Positions 20,504-31,278 of a stretch of 57,907 nt of DNA are shown in pieces; position 1 is the stretch's first letter; each line of letters begins with the position of its first letter. The stretch comes from Macrostomum lignano (taxonomy: Eukaryota): contig NIVC01002924.1 of assembly GCA_002269645.1 (NCBI GenBank), positions 1 through 57,907 of the forward strand, given 5' to 3'. The position numbers and the translations under genes were made by a program. The notes below the pieces were generated by a model, which saw only the letters and a list, made by a program, of their open reading frames with translations, was not told the DNA's origin and searched no databases.

Positions 20504-21927
20504 CTAGGACTTCTTGGCTACAATAGCCAAGCATCTGGGCGACAGTTCGGGCGAGAACAGCTGCAACAGCTCCGCAGCTACTCCCCTCTCTCTAAGGTAC
20601 AACTGAAAGTCAACTAAAAGTACAAACTCCAAAACCGGCCTCAGCAGAGTCTGCAATCGATAAACCAGCTCAGCAAGGCGAAGGTCCCCAGTTCGAGTCT
20701 CGGTCTCCCAGACAGTCAGAAGGCGACCCCGAATTGTCGGCCAGTCGACGTCGCCGTTGTCATGACGACCGGCTGCCTCGTCCAGAGCGGCCAGGTAGGC
20801 GGCGAAATCTCCATCGGCTGCAGGCGGGCGGATGCGCCGCAGCAGGCGGTCGGCGTCAGGGCGGGCGGCCAGCTGCAGCGCGGCCCGGCGCAGGGTGGCG
20901 TCAATTCGAGCCTGCAGCCTCGTCCTGCCCGTTGCTCCTAGGGGCAGCAGCAGCAGAGTCTCCAGACGCTCCTGGCAGGCCAGCCGACGGGCCGGGACGC
21001 TGGCGAATAGGCGGGCCAAGCCGGGCAGGCGCGACAAAGCGGCGCTGACTGGCGCTGAGTGCGCGGACTTGTGATAGCAGCAGGGCAGGCAGATCAGGCT
21101 GCGCAGCCGCTGGCTGGAGGCGAACAAATCCACCAGAGTGTTGGACAGGGAGCCGCAGGCGTGCTGGCCCAGCGCCAACACCGGACTCGAATTGTCCATC
21201 CCGGCTGACAGGCGGTCCAACGCCGACTCAACTGCCAGGCGACAGTCGCGGCCGGGCCGCAGCTCCAGGCACAGCGTGGCGTCGGCATCGGACGAGGCCA
21301 ACAGGCGAGCGTCGCGATCGATCAGCAGTGTCCGAGTGTCCGGAAACTGGCTGGACAGCAGGCGGCCGAACCGGCCGACTCCGGCGCCAACGTCCAGCAG
21401 GATTAGGGATGATGATGATGATGAGGAATCGCCGGAGCCACCAGCCAGGCCGGACTCGCCGATGTAGGCCAGCAGCCTCTCGGCCTCGTGCCGCTTCTTT
21501 GGCCGCAGCCGGCGGTACTGGTTTGACGCTGAGCGGGATGGTGGCGGCGGATTAAAGACGGCCGTCTGCTCGGCGATGTCGGACAGGCAGGAGAACAGCT
21601 CGTCAAGGTGCAGCTGCGTCCCGATGCTCTCGGCTGGCAGGGGCCTACCGGACACAGCGGCATTCAGACAGGCGTCGATCGCTTCAATCAGGCAGTCGGC
21701 GTCCTCCGCGGCCACGCGACCTCGCCAGGGCCGCACCAGCAGCGCGTCTGTCCAAGCGAAATCAACCGACCACCACAGCTGGTCGAGCAGGCGGTCCAGC
21801 CGGTCCAGAAGGCCAGACAGGCGCGGACTGATGCCTGCGAGCGATGACTGGAATGTGTGCGCAGCGGCGGGATTCGGCTGTTTGTACCTTTTGCTTCTTT
21901 GGTATAGCGATGAGCAGCGACTACTAG
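20504..21927 (-). CDS. METTL25B: METTL25B/RRNAD1-like SAM-dependent methyltransferase (Methyltransf_32 family); one long exon, start codon not identified
   Basis: RLRPKKRHEAERL, LLDVGAGVG (motif I), GQHACGSLS, LPCCYHK, RRLACQ and FSPELSPRCLAIVAKK match remembered RRNAD1 motifs (VRPKKQHE, GLHACGDLS, LSPELSPRN). The only in-frame ATG lies downstream of motif I, so the 5' coordinate is provisional. Confidence 0.82.
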
Positions 21928-21954
21928 CTACAAGGCGGAGTGACAGATTCACTC

Positions 21955-22340
21955 CTGAGACAGGGGACTGAGTCTCACTCCTGAGACACGGGAGTGAGTC
22001 TCAATCCTGAGACAGGGGACTGAGTCTCAATCCTGAGACACGGGAGTGAGTCTCAATCCAGAGACAGGGGACTGAGTCTCAATCCTGAGACAGGGGACTG
22101 AGTCTCAATCCTGAGATAGGGGACTGAGTCTCAATCCTGAGACAGGGGAGTGAGCCTCAATCCAGAGACAGGGGAGTGAGTCTCAATCCAGAGACAGGGG
22201 AGTGAGTCTCAATCCTGAGACAGGGGAGTGAGTCTCAATCCTGAGACAGGGGAGTGAGTCTCAATCCTGAGACAGGGGAGTGACAGTCTCAATCCTGAGA
22301 CAGGGAGTGACAACTAAACCCGGGACAGGGGAGTGACAGC
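21955..22340. repeat. 26-bp minisatellite with an internal inverted repeat (GAGTCTCAATCCTGAGACAGGGGACT)
   Basis: Each unit contains GTCTCA-atcc-TGAGAC. Confidence 0.9.
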
Positions 22341-22664
22341 TAAACCGAACAAAACAAACAAGAAAACAAATCAGGACTCAGTAACGCAGCATCGGTAATA
22401 ACAGATGAAATGCACAATTGACTGTATATTTATAACTTACACAATAGAATTGAATTTCGCAAGAATGTACTTTAACGAACCAACTGAGCAAATGCCACAA
22501 TTATACGAGCAACAGACAGACTTGAAAATCGCATATTTGTACCAAGTTGAGTGCAATTTTTAAAAAATATGTAAATGAATTGATCAAACATCTGCACTCT
22601 TCAACATCACTAAACAAAATAGCAATAATCGTAAGTTCTTCAGAGTTCAGTCTCACCAATAATA

Positions 22665-22972
22665 TTGCGTAACTGATTTCAGTCTCACCAATAATATTGC
22701 TTCACTGATTTCAGTCTCACCAATAATATTGCGTCACTGATTTCAGTCTCACCAATAATATTGCGTCACTGATTTCAGTCTCACTAATAATATTGCGTCA
22801 CTGATTTCAGTCTCACCAATAATATTGCGTCACTGATTTCAGTCTCACCAATAATATTGCGTCACTGATTTCAGTCTCACCAATAATATTGCGTCACTGA
22901 TTTCAGTCTCACCAATAATATTGCGTCACTGATTTCAGTCTCACCAATAATATTGCGTCACTGATTTCAGGG
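22665..22972. repeat. 32-bp minisatellite (GATTTCAGTCTCACCAATAATATTGCGTCACT) just 3' of the NSUN4 stop
   Basis: About 9-10 tandem units. Confidence 0.92.
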
Positions 22973-23018
22973 TCACCCGACAACCCGACAACACAAGCCA
23001 CAGTCTCAATCTTCATCT

Positions 23019-26000
23019 TCAATCCACCCGTTTCAATTTGCACACAAAGCTCGGTCCATAATTAGCCAGCAGGTGCGGCAGCACCAGCAGCCCCACTTGG
23101 CGGCTCTGCACCCGGCAGCCGGCGCCAGCCAGCAGGCTGGCCAGCGGCCGCAGGTCCACCAGCTTGAATGCCGGCTGCAGTTTAGCCAGAGCAGACAGCA
23201 CAACAGCCTCATTCTGTGCTGGTGACATTGTGCAGGTTGAGTAGACCAAGCTGGCTCCCGGACGGCAGGCCGCGGCGCCGGCTAGAAGCAGCTGGAGCTG
23301 ACTGCAGGTGAATTTGTACATAAATAGATATTGATTGACAAAAATATCCCAATAACTCTACTCAAAGTAGTGCAAAACGCAAAATAATAATATTACGTAT
23401 TGGGCAGGCCGACTCTTTCTTTGCTGCGACGCCCGCTAAACAGGTCGGCCTCGGGATCGTTCAACGAGTGTCGATCTCCCGAGCAGGTGGGATCAACTAG
23501 AACGCGATCGAATGAGTTCAGGGGATAAGCGCCACTGTTTAGCGCGTTGGCGTACAGCTGCGAAACTGAGCAGCCGGCTAGCACTGACGGCGGCACGTGC
23601 GAGCTTAGCAGGCGGGCGAGGCGGCTGGATCTGGGGATGGCGGGCGCATCAGCTTGAGTAGTGAGATCGGCGTGTGAGCAGATAGCTACTCAGATCAGTG
23701 TGTGAGCAGATAGCTACTCAGATCAGTGTGTGAGCGAGCAGATGGCTACTCAGATCAGTGTGTGAGCAGATAGCTACTCAGATCAGTGTGTGAGCAGATA
23801 GCTACTCAGATCAGTGTGTGAGCAGATAGCTACTCAGATCAGTGTGTGAGCAGATAGCTACTCAGATCAGTGTGTGAGCAGATAGCTACTCAGATCAGTG
23901 TGTGAGCAGATAGCTACTCAGATCAGTGTGTGAGCTAGCAGATAGCTACTCAGATCAGTGTGTGAGCTAGCAGATAGCTACTCAGATCAGTGTGTGAGCT
24001 AGCAGATAGCTACTCAGATCAGTGTGTGAGCTAGCAGATAGCTACTCAGATCAGTGTGTGAGCAGATAGCTACTCAGATCAGTGTGTGAGCAGATAGCTA
24101 CTCAGATCAGTGTGTGAGCAGATAGCTACTCAGATCAGTGTGTGAGCAGATAGCTACTCAGATCAGTGTGTGAGCAGATAGCTACTCAGATCAGTGTGTG
24201 GGCTAGCAGATAGCTACTCAGATCAGTGTGTGAGCAGATAGCTACTCAGATCAGTGTGTGAGCAGATAGCTACTCAGATCAGTGTGTGAGCAGATAGCTA
24301 CTCAGATCAGTGTGTGAGCAGATAGCTACTCAGATCAGTGTGTGAGCAGATAGCTACTCAGATCAGTGTGTGAGCAGATAGCTACTCAGATCAGTGTGTG
24401 AGCTAGCAGATAGCTACTCAGATCAGTGTGTGAGCTAGCAGATAGCTACTCAGATCAGTGTGTGAGCTAGCAGATAGCTACTCAGATCAGTGTGTGAGCA
24501 GATAGCTACTCAGATCAGTGTGTGAGCAGATAGCTACTCAGATCAGTGTGTGAGCAGATAGCTACTCAGATCAGTGTGTGAGCAGATAGCTACTCAGATC
24601 AGTGTGTGAGCAGATAGCTACTCAGATCAGTGTGTGGGCTAGCAGATAGCTACTCAGATCAGTGTGTGAGCAGATAGCTACTCAGATCAGTGTGTGAGCA
24701 GATAGCTACTCAGATCAGTGTGTGAGCAGATAGCTACTCAGATCAGTGTGTGAGCAGATAGCTACTCAGATCAGTGTGTGAGCAGATAGCTACTCAGATC
24801 AGTGTGTGAGCAGATAGCTACTCAGATCAGTGTGTGAGCTAGCAGATAGCTACTCAGATCAGTGTGTGAGCTAGCAGATAGCTACTCAGATCAGTGTGTG
24901 AGCTAGCAGATAGCTACTCAGATCAGTGTGTGAGCAGATAGCTACTCAGATCAGTGTGTGAGCAGATAGCTACTCAGATCAGTGTGTGAGCAGATAGCTA
25001 CTCAGATCAGTGTGTGAGCAGATAGCTACTCAGATCAGTGTGTGAGCAGATAGCTACTCAGATCAGTGTGTGGGCTAGCAGATAGCTACTCAGATCAGTG
25101 TGTGAGCAGATAGCTACTCAGATCAGTGTGTGAGCAGATAGCTACTCAGATCAGTGTGTGAGCAGATAGCTACTCAGATCAGTGTGTGAGCAGATAGCTA
25201 CTCAGATCAGTGTGTGAGCAGATAGCTACTCAGATCAGTGTGTGAGCAGATAGCTACTCAGATCAGTGTGTGAGCAGATAGCTACTCAGATCAGTGTGTG
25301 AGCTAGCAGATAGCTACTCAGATCAGTGTGTGGGCTAGCAGATAGCTACTCAGATCGGTGTGAGCAGATAGCTACTCAGATCAGTGCGAGCATAGCACAC
25401 TCAATGAGGTTAAGAAAGCAAAACACACAAGGCAGCGCAGACCTAGCGGAGGACTTGTCCAAGCATAGCATTTGTCCTGGCAGTGCCTGCTGCAGCAGAC
25501 AATAGGCCTTTGACCCGGGAGCGGAGCACAGGTCTAGCACCGAGTCGCCATCGCCTGGGCAAAGGGCCAAGGCGGCGGCCACAGAGCCGAGATCCATTGG
25601 CAAATAGGGGCACAGGCCGGTGGTTTGATCTGGCTTTGGCCGGGGGAACCACCTGTGTGTGTGTAAGGTTCTTTAATCATTTGCCTGCCACTGGAATTCT
25701 AGCTTGACTAGCAGAGTTTTGTGTATAGCTAATGTACTTTTTCCTCCTAAATTTCTTCATTGTGCGTGTTAGAACCAACAGAACGGGTTGCTTCTACAGA
25801 ATGGGTTGCTTCTACAGAATGGGTTGCTTCTACAGAATGGGTTGCTTCTACAGAATGGGTTGCTTCTACAGAATGGGTTGCTTCTACAGAATGGGTTGCT
25901 TCTACAGAATGGGTTGCTTCTACAGAATGGGTTGCTTCTACAGAATGGGTTGCTTCTACAAAATGGGTTGCTTCTACAAAATGGGTTGCTTCTACAGAAT

Positions 26001-28867
26001 GGGTTGCTTCTACAGAATGGGTTGCTTCTACAGAATGGGTTGCTTCTACAGAATGGGTTGCTTCTACAGAATGGGTTGCTTCTACAGAATGGGTTGCTTC
26101 TACAGAATGGGTTGCTTCTACAGAATGGGTTGCTTCTACAACAACAACAAAATACGCTGTCATGATGGTAAAAGTCAGCGTCACAGGGCGCGCTTCATGG
26201 CTTGGGCGCGAACAAAGGCCGCGCCACCGGCAGTGTCCGGGGCGCCGGCGTCAGCCAGCAGACAGTCGACATAACGCCGAGTTCGCGCTTGACCTCGCCG
26301 GTAGGGTGCCTGCAGCGTGAGCAGCAGCACCTCCTGCACCGGCTGTGGGCAGTACGACTCGGCGCGGATGAGATGGCCTGCGAGCTGGAGTCGCCGACGG
26401 CGCAGTAGATCACTTGGACGTGGCAGGCCAGCGCGGCGATAGAGCTTCTACAGAATGGGTTGCTTCTACAGAATGGGTTGCTTCTACAGAATGGGTTGCT
26501 TCTACAGAATGGGTTGCTTCTACAAAATGGGTTGCTTCTACAAAATGGGTTGCTTCTACAAAATGGGTTGCTTCTACAGAATGGGTTGCTTCTACAGAAT
26601 GGGTTGCTTCTACAGAATGGGTTGCTTCTACAGAATGGGTTGCTTCTACAGAATGGGTTGCTTCTACAAAATGGGTTGCTTCTACAAAATGGGTTGCTTC
26701 TACAGAATGGGTTGCTTCTACAGAATGGGTTGCTTCTACAGAATGGGTTGCTTCTACAGAATGGGTTGCTTCTACAGAATGGGTTGCTTCTACAGAATGG
26801 GTTGCTTCTACAGAATGGGTTGCTTCTACAGAATGGGTTGCTTCTACAGAATGGGTTGCTTCTACAGAATGGGTTGCTTCTACAGAATGGGTTGCTTCTA
26901 AAGAATGGGCTGCATTTTTCAAGACAATTGCTTAATAATATACCTTATTAGATTATTTAAGAACCATTTAGGTTATTCTAAAGCTAAAATAAGCCTTATA
27001 CATTTCAAAATTTTTAACTTCACCTGTCACTGCCATCCGGCTTCATCAGCTGATGCTGCACGCTAGATGGGAAGGCGAACACCTGCAGAGTGGGCGAAAT
27101 GGTCTGGTCACTAGGCAGCCACAGCTCGGGATCAGCGGGATCAATCAGACTACACGAGTCATCGGTTGAGCCGTCGTGAACAGCGCTATCGGACAGGGCC
27201 AGAGAGGCCCGGCCGCGAGGGTCCATCTCGGTGATGAACTCGGTGGCAGGCAGAAATTCGTTCAAGTTCGATCGGGAATCCGCAGCTGCGGCTGAGGAGG
27301 CGGCGAATGTGGCCGCTTCGAGGCGATCGTAGCTGAGCACTTTTAACTCGGCTGAACGCTCGGAGAGCTGATGAGGCTGACCAGCTGCCGGTGATTCGAA
27401 CGATTCCTCGGCGCTCTCCGGCCAAGCCTGCAAACGGCGCCTCCAATCGGGCGCCAAATCTTCGGCGCCTAAGGTAAGAAGCCGCGTCTCTGCGGCAGCC
27501 TGCAATTAAAATTGGCTATCAATTGGTTTAGGGCTACTATAAGTAGCAACATGAGAAAATCGAATCAGCAATCAGATCAAACTGAATCAGCAATCAGATC
27601 AAACTGAATCAGCAATCAGATCAAACTGAATCAGCAATCAGATCAAACTGAATCAGCAATCAGATCAAACTGAATCAGCAATCAGATCAAACTGAATCAG
27701 CAATCAGATCAAACTGAATCAGCAATCAGATCAAACTGAATCAGCAATCAGATCAAACTGAATCAGCAATCAGATCAAACTGAATCAGCAATCAGATCAA
27801 ACTGGATCAGCAATCAGATCAAACTGAATCAGCAATCAGATCAAACTGAATCAGCAATCAGATCAAACTGAATCAGCAATCAGATCAAACTGAATCAGCA
27901 ATCAGATCAAACTGAATCAGCAATCAGATTAAACTGAATCAGCAATCAGATCAAACTGAATCAGCAATCAGATCAAACTGGATCAGCAATCAGATCAAAC
28001 TGAATCAGCAATCAGATCAAACTGAATCAGCAATCAGATCAAACTGAATCAGCAATCAGATCAAACTGAATCAGCAATCAGATCAAACTGAATCAGCAAT
28101 CAGATCAAACTGAATCAGCAATCAGATCAAACTGAATCAGCTATCAGATCCAATTGAATCAGCAATCACATCCAATTAAATCAGCAATCAGATCCAATTA
28201 AATCAGCAATCAGATCAAACTAAATCAGCAATCAGAACAAACTGAATCAGCAATCAGAACAAACTGAATCAGCAAATGAACAGATTAATTATCTGATTGA
28301 CACAGAATGCATTGCTTGATTCACATAGAATCGAGTACCTGATAACCTGATTCACATATAATCATATAATGCATTACCTGATTCACACAGAATGCATTAC
28401 CTGATTCACACAGAATGCATTACCTGATTCACACAGAATGCATTACCTGATTCACACAGAATGCATTACCTGATTCACACAGAATGCATTACCTGATTCA
28501 CACAGAATGCATTACCTGATTCACACAGAATGCATTACCTGATTCACACAGAATGCATTACCTGATTCACATAGAACCGGTTCAGCACAGCGACATGCCT
28601 AGGCTGGGACAGCAGAGCCAGACGGATTGATGGCCAGAGCTCAGGCCCAAACTCCGGCCCATAGATCTGGTCAAAGTGGGCCAGAGCTCTACGACCCCAC
28701 TGGGTCAGGAGGGCGCCAGTGGCTGTGGGTGGCTGGTCAAACATACGCTGGACAGCCCAACGTGGTTGCAACTCAGCATCCTGATGCTGCTGCTGTTTCT
28801 TTGCCTGCTTTCGATTGCTGGCAGAAGACATTGCAACAGTGGAGTGCACTGAGCGCCTGGCTGCCAT
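23019..28867 (-). CDS. NSUN4: NSUN4-like mitochondrial RNA m5C methyltransferase, 5 exons, 502 aa predicted
   Basis: Exons 28867-28562, 27499-27024, 25652-25443, 23630-23397 and 23301-23019 all have GT-AG boundaries and matching phases (0,2,2,2), totalling 1509 nt. Motifs LWPSIRLALLS, MDLGSVAAALAL, VLDLCSAPGSK, DRVLVDPTC, DRHSL, YSTC and ANYGPSFVCKLKR follow NSUN4. Confidence 0.92.
23680..25385. repeat. 28/32-bp minisatellite (GCAGATAGCTACTCAGATCAGTGTGTGA) with a 436-bp higher-order period, filling NSUN4 intron 3
   Basis: A rare GGGCTAG variant recurs at about 24200, 24636 and 25072. Confidence 0.95.
25785..26900. repeat. 18-bp minisatellite (AGAATGGGTTGCTTCTAC) split in two by a LINE fragment
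   Basis: Arrays at about 25785-26140 and 26444-26900 share the same unit. Confidence 0.93.
26141..26443 (-). mobile_element. 5'-truncated RTE-like non-LTR retrotransposon (ORF2 C-terminus, 3' UTR and (TTG)n tail)
   Basis: A minus frame missing from the ORF track (26444-26181) reads LYRRAGLPRPSDLLRRRRLQLAGHLIRAESYCPQPVQEVLLLTLQAPYRRGQARTRRYVDCLLADAG, the RRLxxAGHxxR...P...RGxxR..Y/WxD pattern of RTE ORF2 ends. A microsatellite tail follows, and GCTTCTACA is repeated on both flanks. Confidence 0.78.
27560..28275. repeat. 22-bp minisatellite (AATCAGCAATCAGATCAAACTG) in NSUN4 intron 1
   Basis: Tandem units seen directly. Confidence 0.94.
28370..28576. repeat. 23-bp minisatellite made of the NSUN4 exon 1/intron 1 junction
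   Basis: The minus-strand unit TTCTGTGTGAATCAG|GTAATGCA equals the last 15 nt of the exon (one mismatch) plus the first 8 nt of the intron; about 8-9 copies. Confidence 0.9.
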
Positions 28868-31083
28868 TATGCACAAGTAACTGCGATGGTGATAATGGCT
28901 TGCTAGGGCTGCAGTGCTTGGCATTTTCCTGATGATAATAGTGATTTAATAACATAAATAATGTAAAGTATATTATCTTTCTTAGAAATTCAGAAAAAAT
29001 AATTCAAGAACATTATCTCAAATTACTAACACTTATTTGTTTGAAGTCAATTCTAGAATATTGAATAATAGACAATGAAAAATAGGGGGTTTCTCAATCT
29101 AAAGTCAATTTGACACTAGGGCACTCAAGAGTAAGAAACTAGGAGCCCAGGAGAGATAAAGGAATAACCAATTAGAAAGTAGCAAGGCAGAAAAGATAAA
29201 CATTTTATGCTAAGTAAATAATTAAGAATTGGATTGAGTTCAATAAGGTAAATAGAAAGAAGAAATCATGAATAGGTAAACAAAATATTGGTTAAGAATA
29301 TAATATAAAAGTTGCAACACTTAGTAAAAATGGTCTTAGCCTAATAATACAGAGAGCTTTTGACTTATTTACTTAGACTTAGCAATAGGGCAATCCCAGA
29401 ATGGGAAAGTATGAAAACCTATTATACTAATCCTTTTATATAGATAGTTCAATAGACCTAGATTTTTAAAAAAGCCTATCTAATTAGATGCTATTATAAT
29501 TATTTATATATGTTATATATTACAATTCTACAATTCTATAGTTGTTCTAGATATAGTTATAGATTAGATACCTGTTATAGTTATATAACAATATATAGTT
29601 ATATTTAGTTATATATCTATTATATCTAGCTATATATCTAGAAACCTTTTAAAAAATCATTTCTCTTTTTATTTTCAAATTTTAAATGCACTTTCTTTCT
29701 TTTGATTTGTTAATTGCTACTTATTTATATAAATTATTATTTCTTTTCTTATGTTTTTAATGCTTTCTTTTCATTTTATTCATTTAATTTTTATGCTTTA
29801 TGCTATGTATCCCAATACACTTTTTGGTACTTAGTTGATTGATTTGCAATATATCCACAAAGGCTACCTTGTTACCTAATTCGACTGGCTTTTTTAGTCA
29901 GGTATTGCACATTTACGACTATGATTATAATTAAGTATATATTAGACTTAATCCTAAAACTATATTTAATTGGACTAATAAAACAACTTCTTTATATAAA
30001 AACATTTAATATTATTTTTAAAATATAGTATACTTGATCTTTTTAACACCTTAGAACAAAGCCTTTTGGATTTCTAATATTAGGCCTAATATTAGATTTT
30101 CTAATATAGTTTAGTTGATCCTTTTGACACTATAGACTAAAGACTATCAGATTTTTAATGCAATTTTTTTAAATTCCATTATACTAAAAATGGTTTGTTA
30201 GTATCTATCTATCTATGTGATCAATTAGAGAAAAATTACTATTAAAGTTGGTATATATTAATATTATAGGGCCTACTTTTATATAATATAGTATTTTCAT
30301 TTGTTTTTTATTCTTTGGCATTTGATCTACAAACAAATTTATTTCATAATGTCTTGGTACATATAGAACATGATCCTGACTAGGCTTATCTCAAGAGAAA
30401 GAAACATCACTATCTTATTGCAACTGATCAGTTGCAGCTGCAACCTGCAATGGAGTTTGAGTGACTGGACCATGCATGAGGACTAAGGGGGGGGGGTATT
30501 AGAAGTTGTATATTCATTGTTTTAGAAAATCAAAAATCAGTCGCTTAGTGCGTTTTTTATTCGTAAAACACAGATTTAATTCACCAGAATTAAATATCCC
30601 AGTGAGTAAATGTGAATGTCCAGGGTAGGCCAGGCCACAACCACCAGTACAGTAGTAGGTAGAGTCAAGGCTGTTAAAAAATTCAAGTAAACCTATCCAC
30701 AAAGAAAACAACAAGTCGTATAACAGGCTTTAAAATAATGATAATAACGAGAAAATGAATAAATTATTAATAATATTAATAATAACATCACTATCTTCAT
30801 ATATAGATGGCTCTTTAATAAATTTTTAGCAAGTAAATAATTTTCTTATAAAATGCCATGTTAAAAGGGGAATAAAGGTATTAGTTAGTTAAACAAAATT
30901 TACTCTCATCATTTCCTAGACCATTTCCATTATTTTTTTAGCTAAATCTACTTTAGATAAACTATTAAACTCATAATTTTTCTTTACTGTAATTATATTT
31001 TATTGTCCGAGATTCGTACTCTTAGGTTTTTACTAACAGTAACATAAAAGGAAATTTACGTACAAATCTTTATAGTTTATAGA

Positions 31084-31157
31084 TTTCCAGAAATTTCTTG
31101 AAAGTTTCTATTGATTCATCGAGTGGAAAGTTCTAGAAATTTTACCGTCTATATAAA
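31084..31157 (+). promoter_or_regulatory. Heat-shock promoter: two HSEs and a TATA box
   Basis: tTTCcaGAAatTTCttGAAa (31084-31103; four perfect alternating nGAAn units), gGAAagTTCtaGAAa (31125-31139; three units) and TATATAAA (31150-31157), about 120 nt upstream of the sHSP ATG. Confidence 0.88.
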
Positions 31158-31278
31158 CAAGAGACCAGAACCCCAGAAATTTCAAGTCTGTGGAAGCCAC
31201 AAAGAAACCCAATTGCAAGCAAAGCACTCTTTCTCAACCGACTACAAGCAAGCTTCTGATTACTCCATTGCCGACAGC

